Below, in pieces: positions 1 through 12,772 of a stretch of DNA of 64,000 bases. The notes beneath the pieces were generated by a model. It did not search any database. It saw nothing but the letters and a program-made list of their open reading frames with translations, and was not told where the DNA came from. Origin of the DNA: Callorhinchus milii (taxonomy: Eukaryota); contig NW_024704743.1 in NCBI RefSeq assembly GCF_018977255.1, forward strand, positions 33,730,001-33,794,000, in the 5' to 3' direction. The first letter of the stretch is position 1, and every line of letters starts with the position of its first letter. The translations under genes and the position numbers were made by a program.

Positions 1-600
1 ATCTGTGGGGGCAGCGGGTTCATGGGATGCTACAAGTGGCTTTGGTTGCAACTTTGGTTTAGCAAAATTGAAAGGGAGGGAATAGGGAGCGATATTGCCA
101 GTAATTGACTGGGACGTGGTAGGAATGAAAAGATCAATGGTATGATAATTATCACTGGTCGGAGAACATCGGATTGTACATTTTTCACCTCCATTAACAT
201 TTATTTCTCCACCTGGTTATGAATGTAATGCGAAACGATTAGGAGGCCTAGTCATTTATATTGCAGGGAAGCTGAGTACTGAAAGGTCTGCATCTCAATG
301 CTGTATCTGTATGGCATTTTTGGTGAAGCCTGCCGTATAAATGAACAGGCTGGGGAGTGGTCTTTGGAGTTGTTTATTGTCAGTTTTTACAAAAACGTTA
401 ATTGTTGAATGAAGGTAATTGCGAGCAACAATAAGCCTAGGCAGAACGAGTCGGGGAGACTGCATCCAGTGGGGAAACCGCATGCAGGCAATTAAGAAGT
501 CTGGAGTCCCTGTGCACAAATCCTCATGCGTAGAAAGCCAACTCCAACCTCAATCACGAGTCTTAAAGGATTTAAACTAATTTTAAATTTAAATTTTAAA

Positions 601-780
601 AATAATAATTTGGTCACTCAATCCACGACTGTTTGGGGCACTGCTGTGTGCAATTGGCTGCCGTGTTTCGCTCACAAACTATATACAGTCAATTCACTTT
701 ACAGTATATTCTGTGAAGCGCTTTGAGACGTCTCGAAGATGTGATAAGGAGCTATATCAAATGCAAGGATTATTATTTAT
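601..780 (+). mobile_element. SINE family A, 3' half
   Basis: TTGGTCACTCAATCCACGACTGTTTG...AAATGCAAGGATTATTATT, shared with many copies in the window. Confidence 0.85.
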
Positions 781-1453
781 TTTAAGGCTCACGTTTGAGG
801 TGGGAGTGTGCTTTCTATGCACGAGGATTTCTGTAGAGAAGTGGAAGGAATGCAGTCTCCCCTTCCCTATCTCTATCCAGGCTTATTGTTGTTCTCCCCC
901 CACCCCTACCCCTCCCCAATCTCTGGTGCGAGATGATCCGGAGCCCACTGATGGGATTATCCCTATTGGTTCCACATCTAGGCCCTGCTTCGTACTATCT
1001 GTGTGCTTTTCGTTACTTGTCCACTATATATTTAAGAAGTCTTGGGAATTCCTGCATTTTCACGAATTGCATAATTTCATCGTCCTTTGCAGCATACATT
1101 CAGTTTGTGTTAGCGGGAAGTAGTGGAACAAGGCAATGTTCTGTCCGGGGTATGATTTGAATGTTAACTAGTGATAAAAGGCTAGTTGCTTTATCGTCCA
1201 GGAAAGCTGGGGGCAGAGGATGCCCTTTGATAAGCCTGCTTCAGTTCTGATGCAAGGTTCCTTTATTTTTGTTTCTTTCCCCCAGTTAATTTCTCCCCTG
1301 GTCGTGCAGCAATTGGCTGAGAGGCAACACATCCAGCCAGCCCTCTCCCAGCCCCCAGGCAGCCCTTGTCTGAAACAAGGCACTGAAATGTGCAAAGGCA
1401 GCCAAGAATCAATTCTGCAGAACTTAATTCTCTTTTTCCTTCTTCCTCTTCTT

Positions 1454-1818
1454 TGATGTCTCAAAGCGCCTCACATAATATACTAAAGTGAATTGACTGT
1501 ATATTTTGTAGGCAAAACACAGCAGCCAATTGCACACAGCAGTGTCCCACAAACAGTCGTGGATTGAGTGACCAATTTATTATTATTTTTTGAAGGAATT
1601 ATTACCTCCAGAAAAGCGATCCGCCAATCGACTAACAAACAGGTTCCTACTTACTGCTAGGTAAACAGAGGCGTGTGGAGTAAGGAAACTTGTCCAATGT
1701 TTCGCCCTGCCCGGAAGAGAACCCAGCTCTCTCACTTGTGATGCAAGTGCTCTAACCACTGAGCTACAGGACTCTGTGCTCTAACCACTGAGCTACAGGA
1801 CTCTAACCACTGAGCTAC
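1454..1818 (-). mobile_element. tRNA-derived SINE family A, with reiterated 5' end
   Basis: Reverse complement begins GAGTCCTGTAGCTCAGTGGTTAGAGCAC (A box), then CAAGTTTCCTTACTCCAC core and L2-like tail. Confidence 0.88.
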
Positions 1819-1833
1819 TGATGATGCTACTCA

Positions 1834-2635
1834 GCATCTAAGGCTGCACTCTCCACCTCTCAAAGCCGTCAGGAATCTCGGCGTTCTGTTCGACCCTGAG
1901 CTGTCCTTTCTTCCTCATATCCGCGCCACAACTGGCACCGCCTTCCATCACCTCCGAAACATCGCCAGACTACGGCACTACCTCACCCCTCACGCTGCTG
2001 AAACTCTGGTCCACGCCTTTGTCACCTCAAGGCTGGACTATGGGAACTCTCTCCTCGCCGGCCTTCCGGCCACCTCCCTCCACAAGCTGCAGGTCATTCA
2101 GAACTCTGCAGCTCATGTACTGTCCTGCACCAGGCTTCGGGACCACATCACTCCCACCCTCGCTCGCCTCCACTGGCTCCCCATCCCCCAGAGGATCGAA
2201 TTCAAGATCCTCATCCTCACCTACAAGGCCATTCACGGCCTTGCTCCCTCCTACCTCTCCGACCTACTATCCCCCTACTTACCTGCCCGTACCCTCCGTT
2301 CCTCTGGCTCCGGTCTGCTCTACACCCACCGCCCCAACCGCCCTACCATCGGTGGTCGGGCCTTCAGCCTCTCAGCCCCGAGGCTCTGGAACTCCATCCC
2401 CCAGTGCCTTTGCCGCCTCCTCCCTTTCCTCCTTCAAGGCCGGTCTCAAGACTTTTCTCTTTGACGGTGCCTTCAGCTCCCCTCTCGACTCTCTACCCCC
2501 TTCTCGCTCCCTCCCTTCCCTCCCCTCACCCTGACCATTTCCCCCCAATGCTCGGGTCCTGACCCAACTGTACAGCGCCTTGGGACGTCCTCCCGACGTG
2601 AAAGGCGCTCTATAAATGGAATCTTATTGTTGTTG
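1834..2635 (+). mobile_element. L2-clade LINE, 5'-truncated 3' portion
   Basis: RT C-terminal motifs [26 protein letters not shown]; 3' tail GACGTCCTCCCGACGTGAAAGGCGC...(TTG)n; near-identical to 44570-45463. Confidence 0.9.
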
Positions 2636-2914
2636 ATGCACCATATGTGCTGAGTGACTGTGAGTTGGCAGGTCCTGCAGGCACCTGTCCTCCAAACACA
2701 ATTGCAGTGTGTGGCGGGGACGAGTGTCACAGTAAAGAGCTCCTTATCGCAGACACCCAGTCAAGTTAGCCTTAATGTCTATGTAAATATCAATCTCTTA
2801 AAGAGGATAGAACCTTTCATTTTTCTGCAAATTCTGTAAGTTTATTATGAGTGGACTTGAAAGAAGGTGTGGTTTTGTTGGAAAGCGCTGTTTCTCCTCG
2901 CCTCCTCACACTAA

Positions 2915-3153
2915 ACCAAGGTTCCTGTTGGCCTGTTCAGGGGCTGGTAAAGATCCCATGGCACTATTCAAAAAGAGAGTTTCTCCCCGGTGTCCTGGCT
3001 AACAATTCCCCAAATAAAATTGGTCATTTGCTTCTTGGCTGTCTGTGGGCCATTGCTGTGCGCTAAATAGGATGTCCCGTTCGCCCATAAAATAGTCACT
3101 CCACTTTGTAGTATATCGCTTTGGGATGTCTTGAGGATGTGGTAAGGCACTGT
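2915..3153 (+). mobile_element. DeuSINE/SacSINE1-like SINE (family B) fragment
   Basis: AAAGATCCCATGGCACTATTC...CCCCGGTGTCCTGGC, resembling the recalled Deu domain; L2-like tail. Confidence 0.7.
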
Positions 3154-3309
3154 AGCACCATCCCTTGCTATTGAGATGATTGATGATCACTATGATTGCC
3201 ATAGTGGGTGTAGTGACAGCCTTTTGGGGCCTACGTTTTCTACAAAGCTGGGTGGGTTTGCATTATTGGGAGAAAATAAAAATGACTCTTTTGCTTTCAC
3301 TGTTTGCAG

Positions 3310-3489
3310 GCTCTTCTGCTCTGCCGAATAACATGATGTATTTTGGAAGCTCCCAGGATGACGCTGATGAAGTAGAAGAGGACGATGAGTGTGAAGATAT
3401 CAAAACCCTTGCAAGTAATGCTTCATCCTCATGCCATTCAACACCTCGGAAAGGGAAACCGCAGGGAAAACAGATCCTCAACGGTCATG
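3310..3489 (+). CDS. JARID2: JARID2 coding exon (human exon 5 equivalent), acidic region; exons 1-4 lie upstream of the window
   Basis: Encodes [27 protein letters not shown]...STPRKGK...NGH, matching JARID2; tttgcag| acceptor, G|gtgag donor; phase 1/1. Confidence 0.95.
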
Positions 3490-3553
3490 GTGAGCCCACT
3501 TATTACTGTAGAAATGGGAGTTCGCAGGAGCTCAATGTTGGTGGGTCACCTTA

Positions 3554-3707
3554 ATAATAATGCTCCTTGCATTTATTTGTAGTACCTTATCACATCAGAC
3601 TATACTGTAAAGTCAATTGACTGTATATTTTGTGGGAGAAATGCGGCAGCCAATTGCGCACAGCAATATCCCACAAACAGTCGTGGATTGAGTAACCAAT
3701 TATTATT
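3554..3707 (-). mobile_element. SINE family A, 3' half
   Basis: Reverse complement of the body seen at 601-780. Confidence 0.8.
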
Positions 3708-4329
3708 GTAGTATTTCTACAAGAAAAAAAATGTTGACTGTACACAGTAATATGGACTGTGGGAAGTTTTATCTTGAGCGGGGATGTAACTGCGGAGGGT
3801 CACCTTTATACCTGGTCTAGAGTCTTCAATCAGTCAATGGTAGTTTGGGGACAGGCCACAGGGTTTCTATTTAAATCTACCAACCCCTCTCTTTACAATC
3901 TCCCTCTTCCCTCCTTCCTCTCACTCCACACCCACCCCCATAAAGCTGGCGTTCATTAGAAGTAAGATAGTAAAAACAGCGGCATAGAAGCAAATGTTTG
4001 TATCAATGCCAATTCATTTGTATGGTAATGGGCAGCTTGGTGTATGAATTTCGCATCGGAGAACCAAGGATGTGCTTGAATAGGGCATAGAAAGTGGATT
4101 AAGGCATACGGTGATAGCCATAGTTCAAAGTGTTTTACTAGAACCTGCGTTTTCTTACACCAGTAAATAGATAGCTGCTCATGTGGCCCTCTTTAAGCCC
4201 CTTTGTGAATTTCAAGCCATGCTTTTAAAATTCTGAACCTTAGGAATGAATGCAGCTTAAAGGTGAATTGAATCTTGTAATTTTAACTGGGTTTCTAGAT
4301 TGAGTTTGCCATTGAATCTCCGAGGGAGG

Positions 4330-4720
4330 GGAGGAGGTGACCGTAAGCATGGTCATGATCTAAAGAGGGGAGGGGGGGGGGGGGCAAAGTGGAGGGATTG
4401 ACGGTGAGAGTCCAAAGCTAGTGGCTGAAATTGCGGCCACTGATGCTGGATCGGCGGGGGCGAGGGACGAGCAGGAGGCCGGAGCCAACCGAGTGGAAGC
4501 AGCAGGTAGTGGAGTGGGGAAAAAACAGGTCAGAAGGGTAGGGAGGTGTGACGGCGTGAAGGGATTTGTAGACGAGTGAGAGGATCTTGAAATCTTAACC
4601 GTTCTGTGATAGGGAACCAGTGGAGCTTGGCAAGGTCTGGCGTGATGGGGGTAAATAGTTTAGTGTAGATGAGAATACAGGCTGTGCAGAAAAAAGCTGT
4701 GGAACGTTCGAGGCTGCGCA
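4330..4720 (-). mobile_element. Old L2 3' fragment
   Basis: Reverse complement resembles the L2 FKILxLVYK region and C-rich 3' end. Confidence 0.6.
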
Positions 4721-7195
4721 GACAGTACTGGCGCCTTTTTCAGTGATGCTCATGTTGGGTTTAGGAAGTGAAAGAGAGTAGTGGGTGGGGTGAGAATCAT
4801 CTGGGCTCCGCTCAGCATGTTTTTGTTGGTGTGTTTTTGAGAACTACTTTTTAAATAGAGTAGGATATGTGTCGAGACTTTTAAGCATGTGTAGTCAATC
4901 TTTTTGTCCATTTAAAACCAAATGGAAATCGCTCCTGGGGTAAGAATTGGATCAGATATAGTGTCATAAAAGTGGGAAGAAAGCTCCCCCCAAATGCCCA
5001 GTGGATAAGACATTGCTCAGTGCAACACTTGACCGTGCAGAATACACTTACAGAATAACTTGCGAAGCACAAAATGCAGTATTATTCCACTGTTTCTCTT
5101 CATGATCCGCCTTATCACTTCTCTTGTGCTAATTCAAGGACCTTTACATTAGTCATATCTTTACCACTAGCCTTTATGTTCAGTCTATTGTGTTTAGCCA
5201 AAGCCTTTGCAATGTCCTGAGCTCTGATGTGTGAAGATGTTCCTTATCGTTTGACTTTTAATCTTGTTGTTGTTGTCAAACATTAGTTGTGTTAACTCAG
5301 CTCACTGGGCCGCACTTGACCTGATGGGTATGTGGTCAGCAACAACACAGGGCTTCCTTGCCCCTGTAGTTCGTATGTTAACAGATGTACAAATTATGTT
5401 TTTAATAAAAAAAATGTAGCTTTCAGTACACTAGGCCATTGATCTAATTTTCTTCTTGGGAACCAGCCAAGTAGTATTTAATGGTGAGTGTTGTAATGTG
5501 AGAGCTGAAAGCACCAGGGGATTGGACTTAAAAAAAAGTGTCATGCTAGCAAGACATCATCCATTTTCAAAGGAGAATAGCGAAATTTGGGGTATTTAAT
5601 ATTTTGTGTCTATATAATATCAGATTTCTTTTTGTTACAGTCCTCTGCGGGAGCAATAAGAGAAAGATGAGTTACACATGGCCTCTAACTTCAATCTCCC
5701 ATTGGTAGAACAGTCACAGTGGGGATTTAATGTCTGCTAAATCTTTTGTTACAGGAAATTCATTCTAAAGATTTAGTGAAAAATACGTTCAGCAATTGAT
5801 TAAGTTGGGTCCCAGTGTTCAAGCTCTGATGGAATTTATCAAGCTTGGATGTCTAAAATAGTGATTGCTGATACAACTGCTAATAGCTTTTGCACTTTGA
5901 ATGGGGCAAACACTTCATGCTGCAGCTTGAATTGAGTCATTGGAGCCTTTAACTAGGGTGCGTTACCTGAAGCTCCCAACTTGGGTTCATCAAATATTTT
6001 CCGATCTCTCAAGGGTCATGTGTGCCTGGAGAGGTGGAAGCTACAAGGCTTATTTATTCCTGTTTCCTTCCTCGTACTTCTGTTTGTCTACAATTGTCTA
6101 CTACTTGGTGATGTTTAGTCATTGCTTTATTAGGAATGAACTGTTTCCAGAACAGTTAAAACTTAGCAGTGCAATAGCATTTCCAATTTCCTCATTGATA
6201 CTTTGGTGTCAATTTTATCCCAATCAGCCCTGAAAAGATAGAAAAAGCATTAGGGATGAGCGCCAAAGCAAATTTGGGACTATTTGAGTTTATTCACGCG
6301 GGCACATTTGGGGTCTGTTGTGCTCAAACCCAAGTATTTGAAGAAGGCCAATATAAAAGCGTGGAGAAAGCAGGGAACTGGGTTTGGAACAGTGACCTTC
6401 AGTGGAGGAGCTGGCATCAGTATAGCCTAGATGGTCTTAAGTTATCTCCTGTACTTTTGTGTCTATGATTCTTTATGTGAGAGATCCATAATGATGATCT
6501 ATTTGCTGTAATGCTGACCGATTCGACTTGCTTCTATGAGGCGAGAATTGATTTTAGTCATGTTCAGTTAGACATTTTTAAAGAAAAAATGAATAGCTTG
6601 GTTATGGAGGGGTGGGTGTCAGCCTGGCTCAGTTTGTAGCATTTCTCGCCTCTGAATAGACGGTTGTGGGTTATAAATTAAGTATTGATTGTGTTTGTAT
6701 GGAGCCTATAGAGAGAAAGTCTATACTTTGCAGGGGCCAGATTTGGAAAGAGGAGAAGAGAGGAGAATACAGTAATCTAAAAGCATCCGATTTCCCATAA
6801 AATGCAAGGCGGTAAAAGTTAATGGAAATTGAATAGTGAAGGGCTTTATTTCAGCTTTAGTATCGAGATTTGAGACAGCACTAATGCTTATTGAGAGAGG
6901 TGAAAGTGCAGCCCACATGTGGGTCGACGAACACTGGTATGAACAAGGCAAGAAGGGCCTGAGCAGAAGAGGTAACTGTGATTAAGCTGTCTTTAAGTAC
7001 AGTATGTATGTATTATTATGGAGGAAGGTAGGAGGTAAGTCTTAGAGTTCCAGTGATTGCCTGGTGTACTGTAAACTTCTAGGGCTGCAAAAAGTTTAGT
7101 TACCTTGTGAATGGATCATCTTGAGCTGCTATCTGATAATGAATTTAAGCAGAAGGTAAAAGAGGAGTCTGTAAGTAACAATGGATTGGCCATTA

Positions 7196-7601
7196 TAAAT
7201 AATCCTTGCATTTGATAACGTGCCTATAATGTTTACATGTCAAAGATGATTGCTGTTAAGTTTAGTGACTGTAACTGTAGGCAAATGCAGCTGCCAATTT
7301 GCACACAGCAGGACCCACAAATGCACATTAGATGAATGACCAATTTATCTGACAGTTTGTTGGCTACAACACTGGGAGAAACATTTTTCTCTTTTCAAGT
7401 AGTGGCATGGAACCTGCACAGACAGATATGACCTTAGTTTAGATTGATCATCGGAAGTACAGCATGTCTGGTGATGCAGCAATCTTCAATACTGCCCTGG
7501 AGTGTCAGCCTGGACTGTGGGATGGAGGCCTGACATGGCGATCAAACCCACAAATGCGATGACACGCAGTGAGAGCTCTACCAACTGAGCCAGGCCGACA
7601 C
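7196..7601 (-). mobile_element. SINE family B (DeuSINE-like)
   Basis: Reverse-complement head GTGTCGGCCTGGCTCAGTTGGTAG; body homologous to 14497-14935. Confidence 0.7.
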
Positions 7602-7959
7602 CATTGCCGCAATCTGATCTCTCAGCAGTTTAGGTTGACCAGTTGTGTAGGTTTAACCGTTGAGTATGGGAAGTCTGTTGGATGGAGAGCTCAACCAGAG
7701 TCTTCATTTATGATTGCTTTCCAGATTCCCCCACCCTAAAGCTGGACAGTATGCCTGTGCAGACGACACTGGGCTCGCCTGTGACTAATCTGCCGACACT
7801 GAAGGAGAGAGTGAATCCTTCTGGAGGGGGAAAAAGGAAATTACTATTGCTTTTGTCACTTTTTAAAAAAAAATGAATATCAGTCTCTGAATTCTGTTCA
7901 GTGTACCTCTAATGGAGATTGCTTTATCTAATACCTGCATTACAGACTTATTAAGAGCA

Positions 7960-8232
7960 CTCTCTGGCAAGCTTCCCACTGCTTGCTAGACCACTCTACC
8001 CATTAGGGCTTTGCCTTGATGGGTTAACAGGAGCTAAGTCGGAGGATTCCCTGCCCCCAGAGACTGGTTTGCCCCTCCCAAGTCCTGCCGATGAGCCAGG
8101 CCGGCTGTGCTGTCATCAGTAGTGCCCTGGAGTATAGCGGATCCTCCTGACTCAGGAACCGGACTATTGAGACGTTTTGACTCAATTCTGACATTCCGCT
8201 GCCTTAGGGCCAGCTCAGCCCCAAGGAAACCT
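7960..8232. repeat. Family C repeat fragment
   Basis: GGAGGATTCCCTGCC..AAGTCCTGCCGATGAGCCAGGC..GTGCCCTGGAGTA..CTCAGGAAC, shared with 15345-15612. Confidence 0.7.
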
Positions 8233-8875
8233 CCCTGAACTCCCCCACCTCCAAAGGATAGTTTCCAGAATACTTATTGGGTCAAATATAATTTGCCCAA
8301 ATATTAACTTACAGTAGTTTGCTTTGGGTTGAGCTTTCAGCATTTTAGCCCCTACTTTCTGCATCTCCATCCCAGAGTCCCTTCCCTTGCCTCCTTCAAT
8401 GTCCGTCTTGACCATGTCTTAGATCATCTTTCCTCCTTCCACTTCCACCGCCTTTGGCCTCTCTGAATCGAACCCACCCACCCCTCCCTCCAGTTTGGAT
8501 GCAGTGCTTTAGGACATCCTCTCAATGAAAAAGGCGCTATATAAATGCAATTTGTTTTTGCTTGTACCTATCTAAAGCAGCACCTGTTAGTTTTGTGCAA
8601 TGCGAACAGTAAAAATACAGCTCCTATTTTTCTAGTTGGAACCGGCTGTAAAACAATATCTTGTTTATTGTGAAGGATTGGTTTATCTCTCACCTTGTGC
8701 TTATAATGGAGTTATTAAAACCTAGTGTGTTGATATGTGATGGCACTGTGTGACATTTTTCCACAGAGCCTTGTAAATGTGTCCATGACGCAGTCACTTG
8801 TTATAAATTCTACACTTTTGTTGTTCATCTGAGCTTAACGTGGGCTTCTCCTTAGCTTTTCACTCTTTTTTCCAG

Positions 8876-9111
8876 TTTTGAATGGTTCGGGGAAGCTGTT
8901 GAGAGAAAAGGATTCTGTCCAGAAACACAAAGGCAAAGAGGCCACACCAGGGAAGGAGAAGAACAGCGACCAAAAGGTTGAGTGTAAGAAAGAGCCATGT
9001 TCAGCAGCCAGTGCTGCTGACTCTTCTTCACAACTGGGCAGCTCAACAAAAGGCCCTGCTGCTAACAGCTCAGCTGTTACTAAACCATCTCAGGAGCTCC
9101 GAACACAACAG
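8876..9111 (+). CDS. JARID2: JARID2 coding exon 6
   Basis: VLNGSGKLLREKDSVQKHKGKEATPGKEK...SQELRTQQ; polypyrimidine-tccag| acceptor, CAG|gtatgg donor; phase 1/0. Confidence 0.93.
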
Positions 9112-12100
9112 GTATGGAAATAAACACCCAGTCTGTTCACCCGAGACGTCTGCAGCACAGCAGACTGGAACAACTCAGGTTTTGTTGCTCCCAAAGCACC
9201 ACCGTTAGTTAAGAGTTAAGCTGTTCTGTTTCATTTGGCAACTGGTCTGTTCTAGTGGCAGTCAGCGGTGCCCTTGACTTCACCAAAACTGCATTTATGA
9301 TGGTTCCACAGTAGATAGGTTCACAAATGGGCCCTGGAGTATGATGTGTGACGAACCCCTAAGGTCTGTGGCAGCTCTAATCTGAGCTCCTGTGGTTATT
9401 CTTTAATATGTGCACTCAAATTCTTGGAGAGGTAGCGGCGCAAACGGCCAATGTTTTGGAGGCGAAGGAAAGCCGAGCAAGTAAGTGCAAGGTTTGGTGG
9501 ATGGTCAGGGATAGAAGAAGAGCTTCCCCATCAGCTTGGCAAGGTGGAGTGAGCATCGATGTCTGATACCTGAGGATAAGAAGGTGCGAGAGTCATGCAG
9601 GAGAGCGTCTGCCATGGAGTATCTGTGTACATTAGTACTGTACGTGAGGCCCATTGGTGAAGGAATGCTCCTTTTATATTGGACCAACTGTCCTCTGCTT
9701 GACAAGGCCCCTTGTATAGTTGTGGTGGTGGGGGAAACTTGGAACTCCTTCCTTATCCGCAATACTGTCAACATGTTTGTGAAAAATTGAGGAAGGTCCT
9801 TTGTGCTCCATACTTTCCATATGGTTTTGCATTGTGTTTCCAGCACAATGTGGGAATACAGAGGGAGTGCATCTGAAGGAAATGTGTGTGCAAATGGATT
9901 CTGTACTTTATGTGAATGTGCCAATGATAAATGACACGTAACACAGACCCCACTTTAACACTGTATTTTTCAGGGAGGGAAATGGGTACAAATGTAACTT
10001 TTTTCAAGGAATATAGTGGGAGAAAATTGGGGTCTTAACCAGAAAGAAACAAACTGATGACAGAATGTCCAGTGCACTACCCAGCGTGGCGCAATAGCAC
10101 ACTGTGGGGTCCCTAAACCTTGGCTCTTGCCAACCTGTGCCTAATGCTGAAATTAGTTAGGCAAGATGAGTCCCTCCAGGGAGAGAGTGAACATTCCAAT
10201 AAATATCTCTGTCATTTCCGTGTGTAGGCGGCATACATGGAATTCTCAGCTTGGTTTGGATATTCTTAAGCATGGTGATGGGTTTTCGCATGCGTCAGAC
10301 ACCCGGCTGACCAAAACAAAGCTGTCCAGATGGGAAAGATACAGGTTCAAAAGCTGGTGTGTGCTGGATTAGCTAGGCTCTATCAGGTTGGCAGTTGGGA
10401 TGCTATGTTTGTCTCTGTTATCCTGGATTGAAGGGGTGGCGGAGAAATAGGCCAAGGTTTCCTGTTCCTCTTCACTGTCCAGTAGAAATATACTCCAGTA
10501 GAAGGAAAAAGCAAATTAAGATGCATGAAGATGAGGGAATAGAATTGATGGAGAAACAAAATGCAAACTATGTAGTTGGTAGAAGGATACTTGTGGCAAC
10601 AATAACTGATTTCCAGATTATCAGGTTGCCATTGATAACATTTGCTATGTATGTGTAGGAAGCATTGTGTGCAGCACGTGTGCTATGTGCAAAAAATGCC
10701 TTGGATGCCACTTTGTCAATAGAGTGATGTCAGTGGTGGATCCTGCACATAGGACAGGAAGCAATGGTGGTGACCCAACAACCTGGAAGTCGGCTATTTT
10801 ATCCATGTCCCTTTTAAGAATTTGGACCCAGACGCCTGAGCTAGTACAGGGTTGCCCTGTATTCAGTCTCTCCACTTACTACCACACACAATTCCACCAC
10901 ATTGGAAGATCCTGCCAACTTTGATCTGTGTAATATGTTGACCCACACACAACAGCCTGAAGTTTTTAAGAGGTGTCCTTGATAACAAGCGTGCATGCTC
11001 TGCGGTGCTGGCATTTATAGTGAGGAATAAATCATGGTGGAGTGTAATAGCGAGAAGTGTAACGTAAAATGATGGGTTCTCCCCATTCAGTACTGCTACA
11101 CACGGGCTTTGAAGTTTCTACTGTTTTGCCTTTTAACTAACGGAGAGCTGGAACCATTTTAGTTGCAGAGAATTTGATAACCAGAGAGAAGAATAAGAAG
11201 ACTACACTATTTCTTGTGCATGTGTATCCAGGATTTTTAACTTGGTTGTTCACCTATCATAGCACTACTTTGTGAAACTTCCTGCAAATACTGTAGTAAC
11301 TGTAGGGATTGAAATACGTTTTATTGAAATTCTGGTTGTGGGTCTGCCAGACATGTCCACTGTACCAAATGGTTTCCTTTGTTTAAAGGTTTACTGACTC
11401 TCTCCTTTCTCTCGTTCCCTTTCTCTCCTCTTCCTCCTCCCCCATCAACCCAACTTTTTTGATACAAGAGGCCTCTGTTAGAGCATTGCAGCATATGGCT
11501 TCACTTTGTGCAGCTTGAGAAACGACCTCATCTTTTACAGGCATATATAATGTGTGGTTCTAAATTGAGCCACTCGTTCTAACATGGGGACGGACGGACG
11601 GACGTGTGTGGGTGGATGGGTGGTTGGGGAGGGTGGGAAAAGGAGGAGAAAAGAGAAGAAATGATTCGGAGCACGCTAGTTGTGGTCGTATGGGGAAGGG
11701 ATTGTCTGATGACTCAGTGGAACGGAGCCACTGCCAGTGTGGAACTGAGCCGTACAGACCAGGAAGGCTGTCCGTGGCTCACAGCCTGCGTGGGACCACA
11801 AATGAGGAACGGCCGTCTAGGCAGCTGACGTACATGTGAACCGTACGCCACAGTGAGTCAGTGCTTCTAGTGGGGGAGGAAGGAATTGGAGGGGGGACAA
11901 AATAGTTTTGCCACACATCAAATTCTCTCTGGAACATGCATCTCAAATGAGTAAGACTGAACGGCAGTTTGAACATGCAGCTGCAGCATTGTACACAGCG
12001 AGGCTGCAGACCGTGAAGTGACCTTTTTGCAGAAGTGATTTTTTTAAAGTTTCATTTGCTGATAAGGAGGGGAGTGTTTTGTGCTGAAATGTTTTTAGGC

Positions 12101-12494
12101 TAACAGAATAAAATGTACCCTGAAACCAGATTTGTTTTTGTTGCTCACTGGTTATCTCGAACTACTTAGGAGATGTTCACTGGGTTTATTTGCATGTTAA
12201 CATGAATTTTAAGGACACCACTGGTCAGAAATTCCACCTGTGTTCGTAAATACACATTAATTATAAGCCTTTTTTGGGTAAGTTAATTTAGTAAGAATTA
12301 CAGAATAGCAGCTTCAATTTGAGACTGAATTCAACAATCTTGCTACATTCTGGTTGCTCTGAAATGCTGCATAAATAGAGCATCTAGAGCCAGGTGGAAC
12401 TTCTCTCTGCACATGTGCAGAATAATAGAGGAACTATTCATGAGTGGCTGTCTTTGCCATGGAAATGACTGCTCTACAACTTGTCCTTTGGATG

Positions 12495-12772
12495 CGATGC
12501 CAAACCGAGACCTCCTGCCTGTTCAGGTGGACATTAAGGATTCCATGGCACTATTTGAAAAGAGAAGGGAATTTCACCCAGTGTCCTGGCCACTGATGCT
12601 CCAACTAAAATAGGTCATTCACTTCATTGGCTGTTCGTGGGACATTGCTGTATGCAAACTGCCTGTTATGTTGGCCTACAAGTACAGTCACTGCACATTA
12701 CAGTATATCCTGTAAAGTATTTTAAGATGTCGTCCCGACGTGAAAGGCTCCATATCAAACGTAAGGATTATG
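12495..12772 (+). mobile_element. SINE family B (DeuSINE-like) fragment
   Basis: TTCCATGGCACTATTTGAAAAG...GTGTCCTGGCC; tail GTCGTCCCGACGTGAAAGG. Confidence 0.7.

Noticed and set aside
1747..1818. Short direct repeats resembling a CRISPR array
   Set aside because: Eukaryotic context and no spacers; they are reiterated SINE 5' ends.
11700..11775. Possible additional ancient SINE-like family (also ~10330-10500, ~21670-21725, ~39230-39430)
   Set aside because: Similarity is visible but too diverged to set boundaries or a family by eye.
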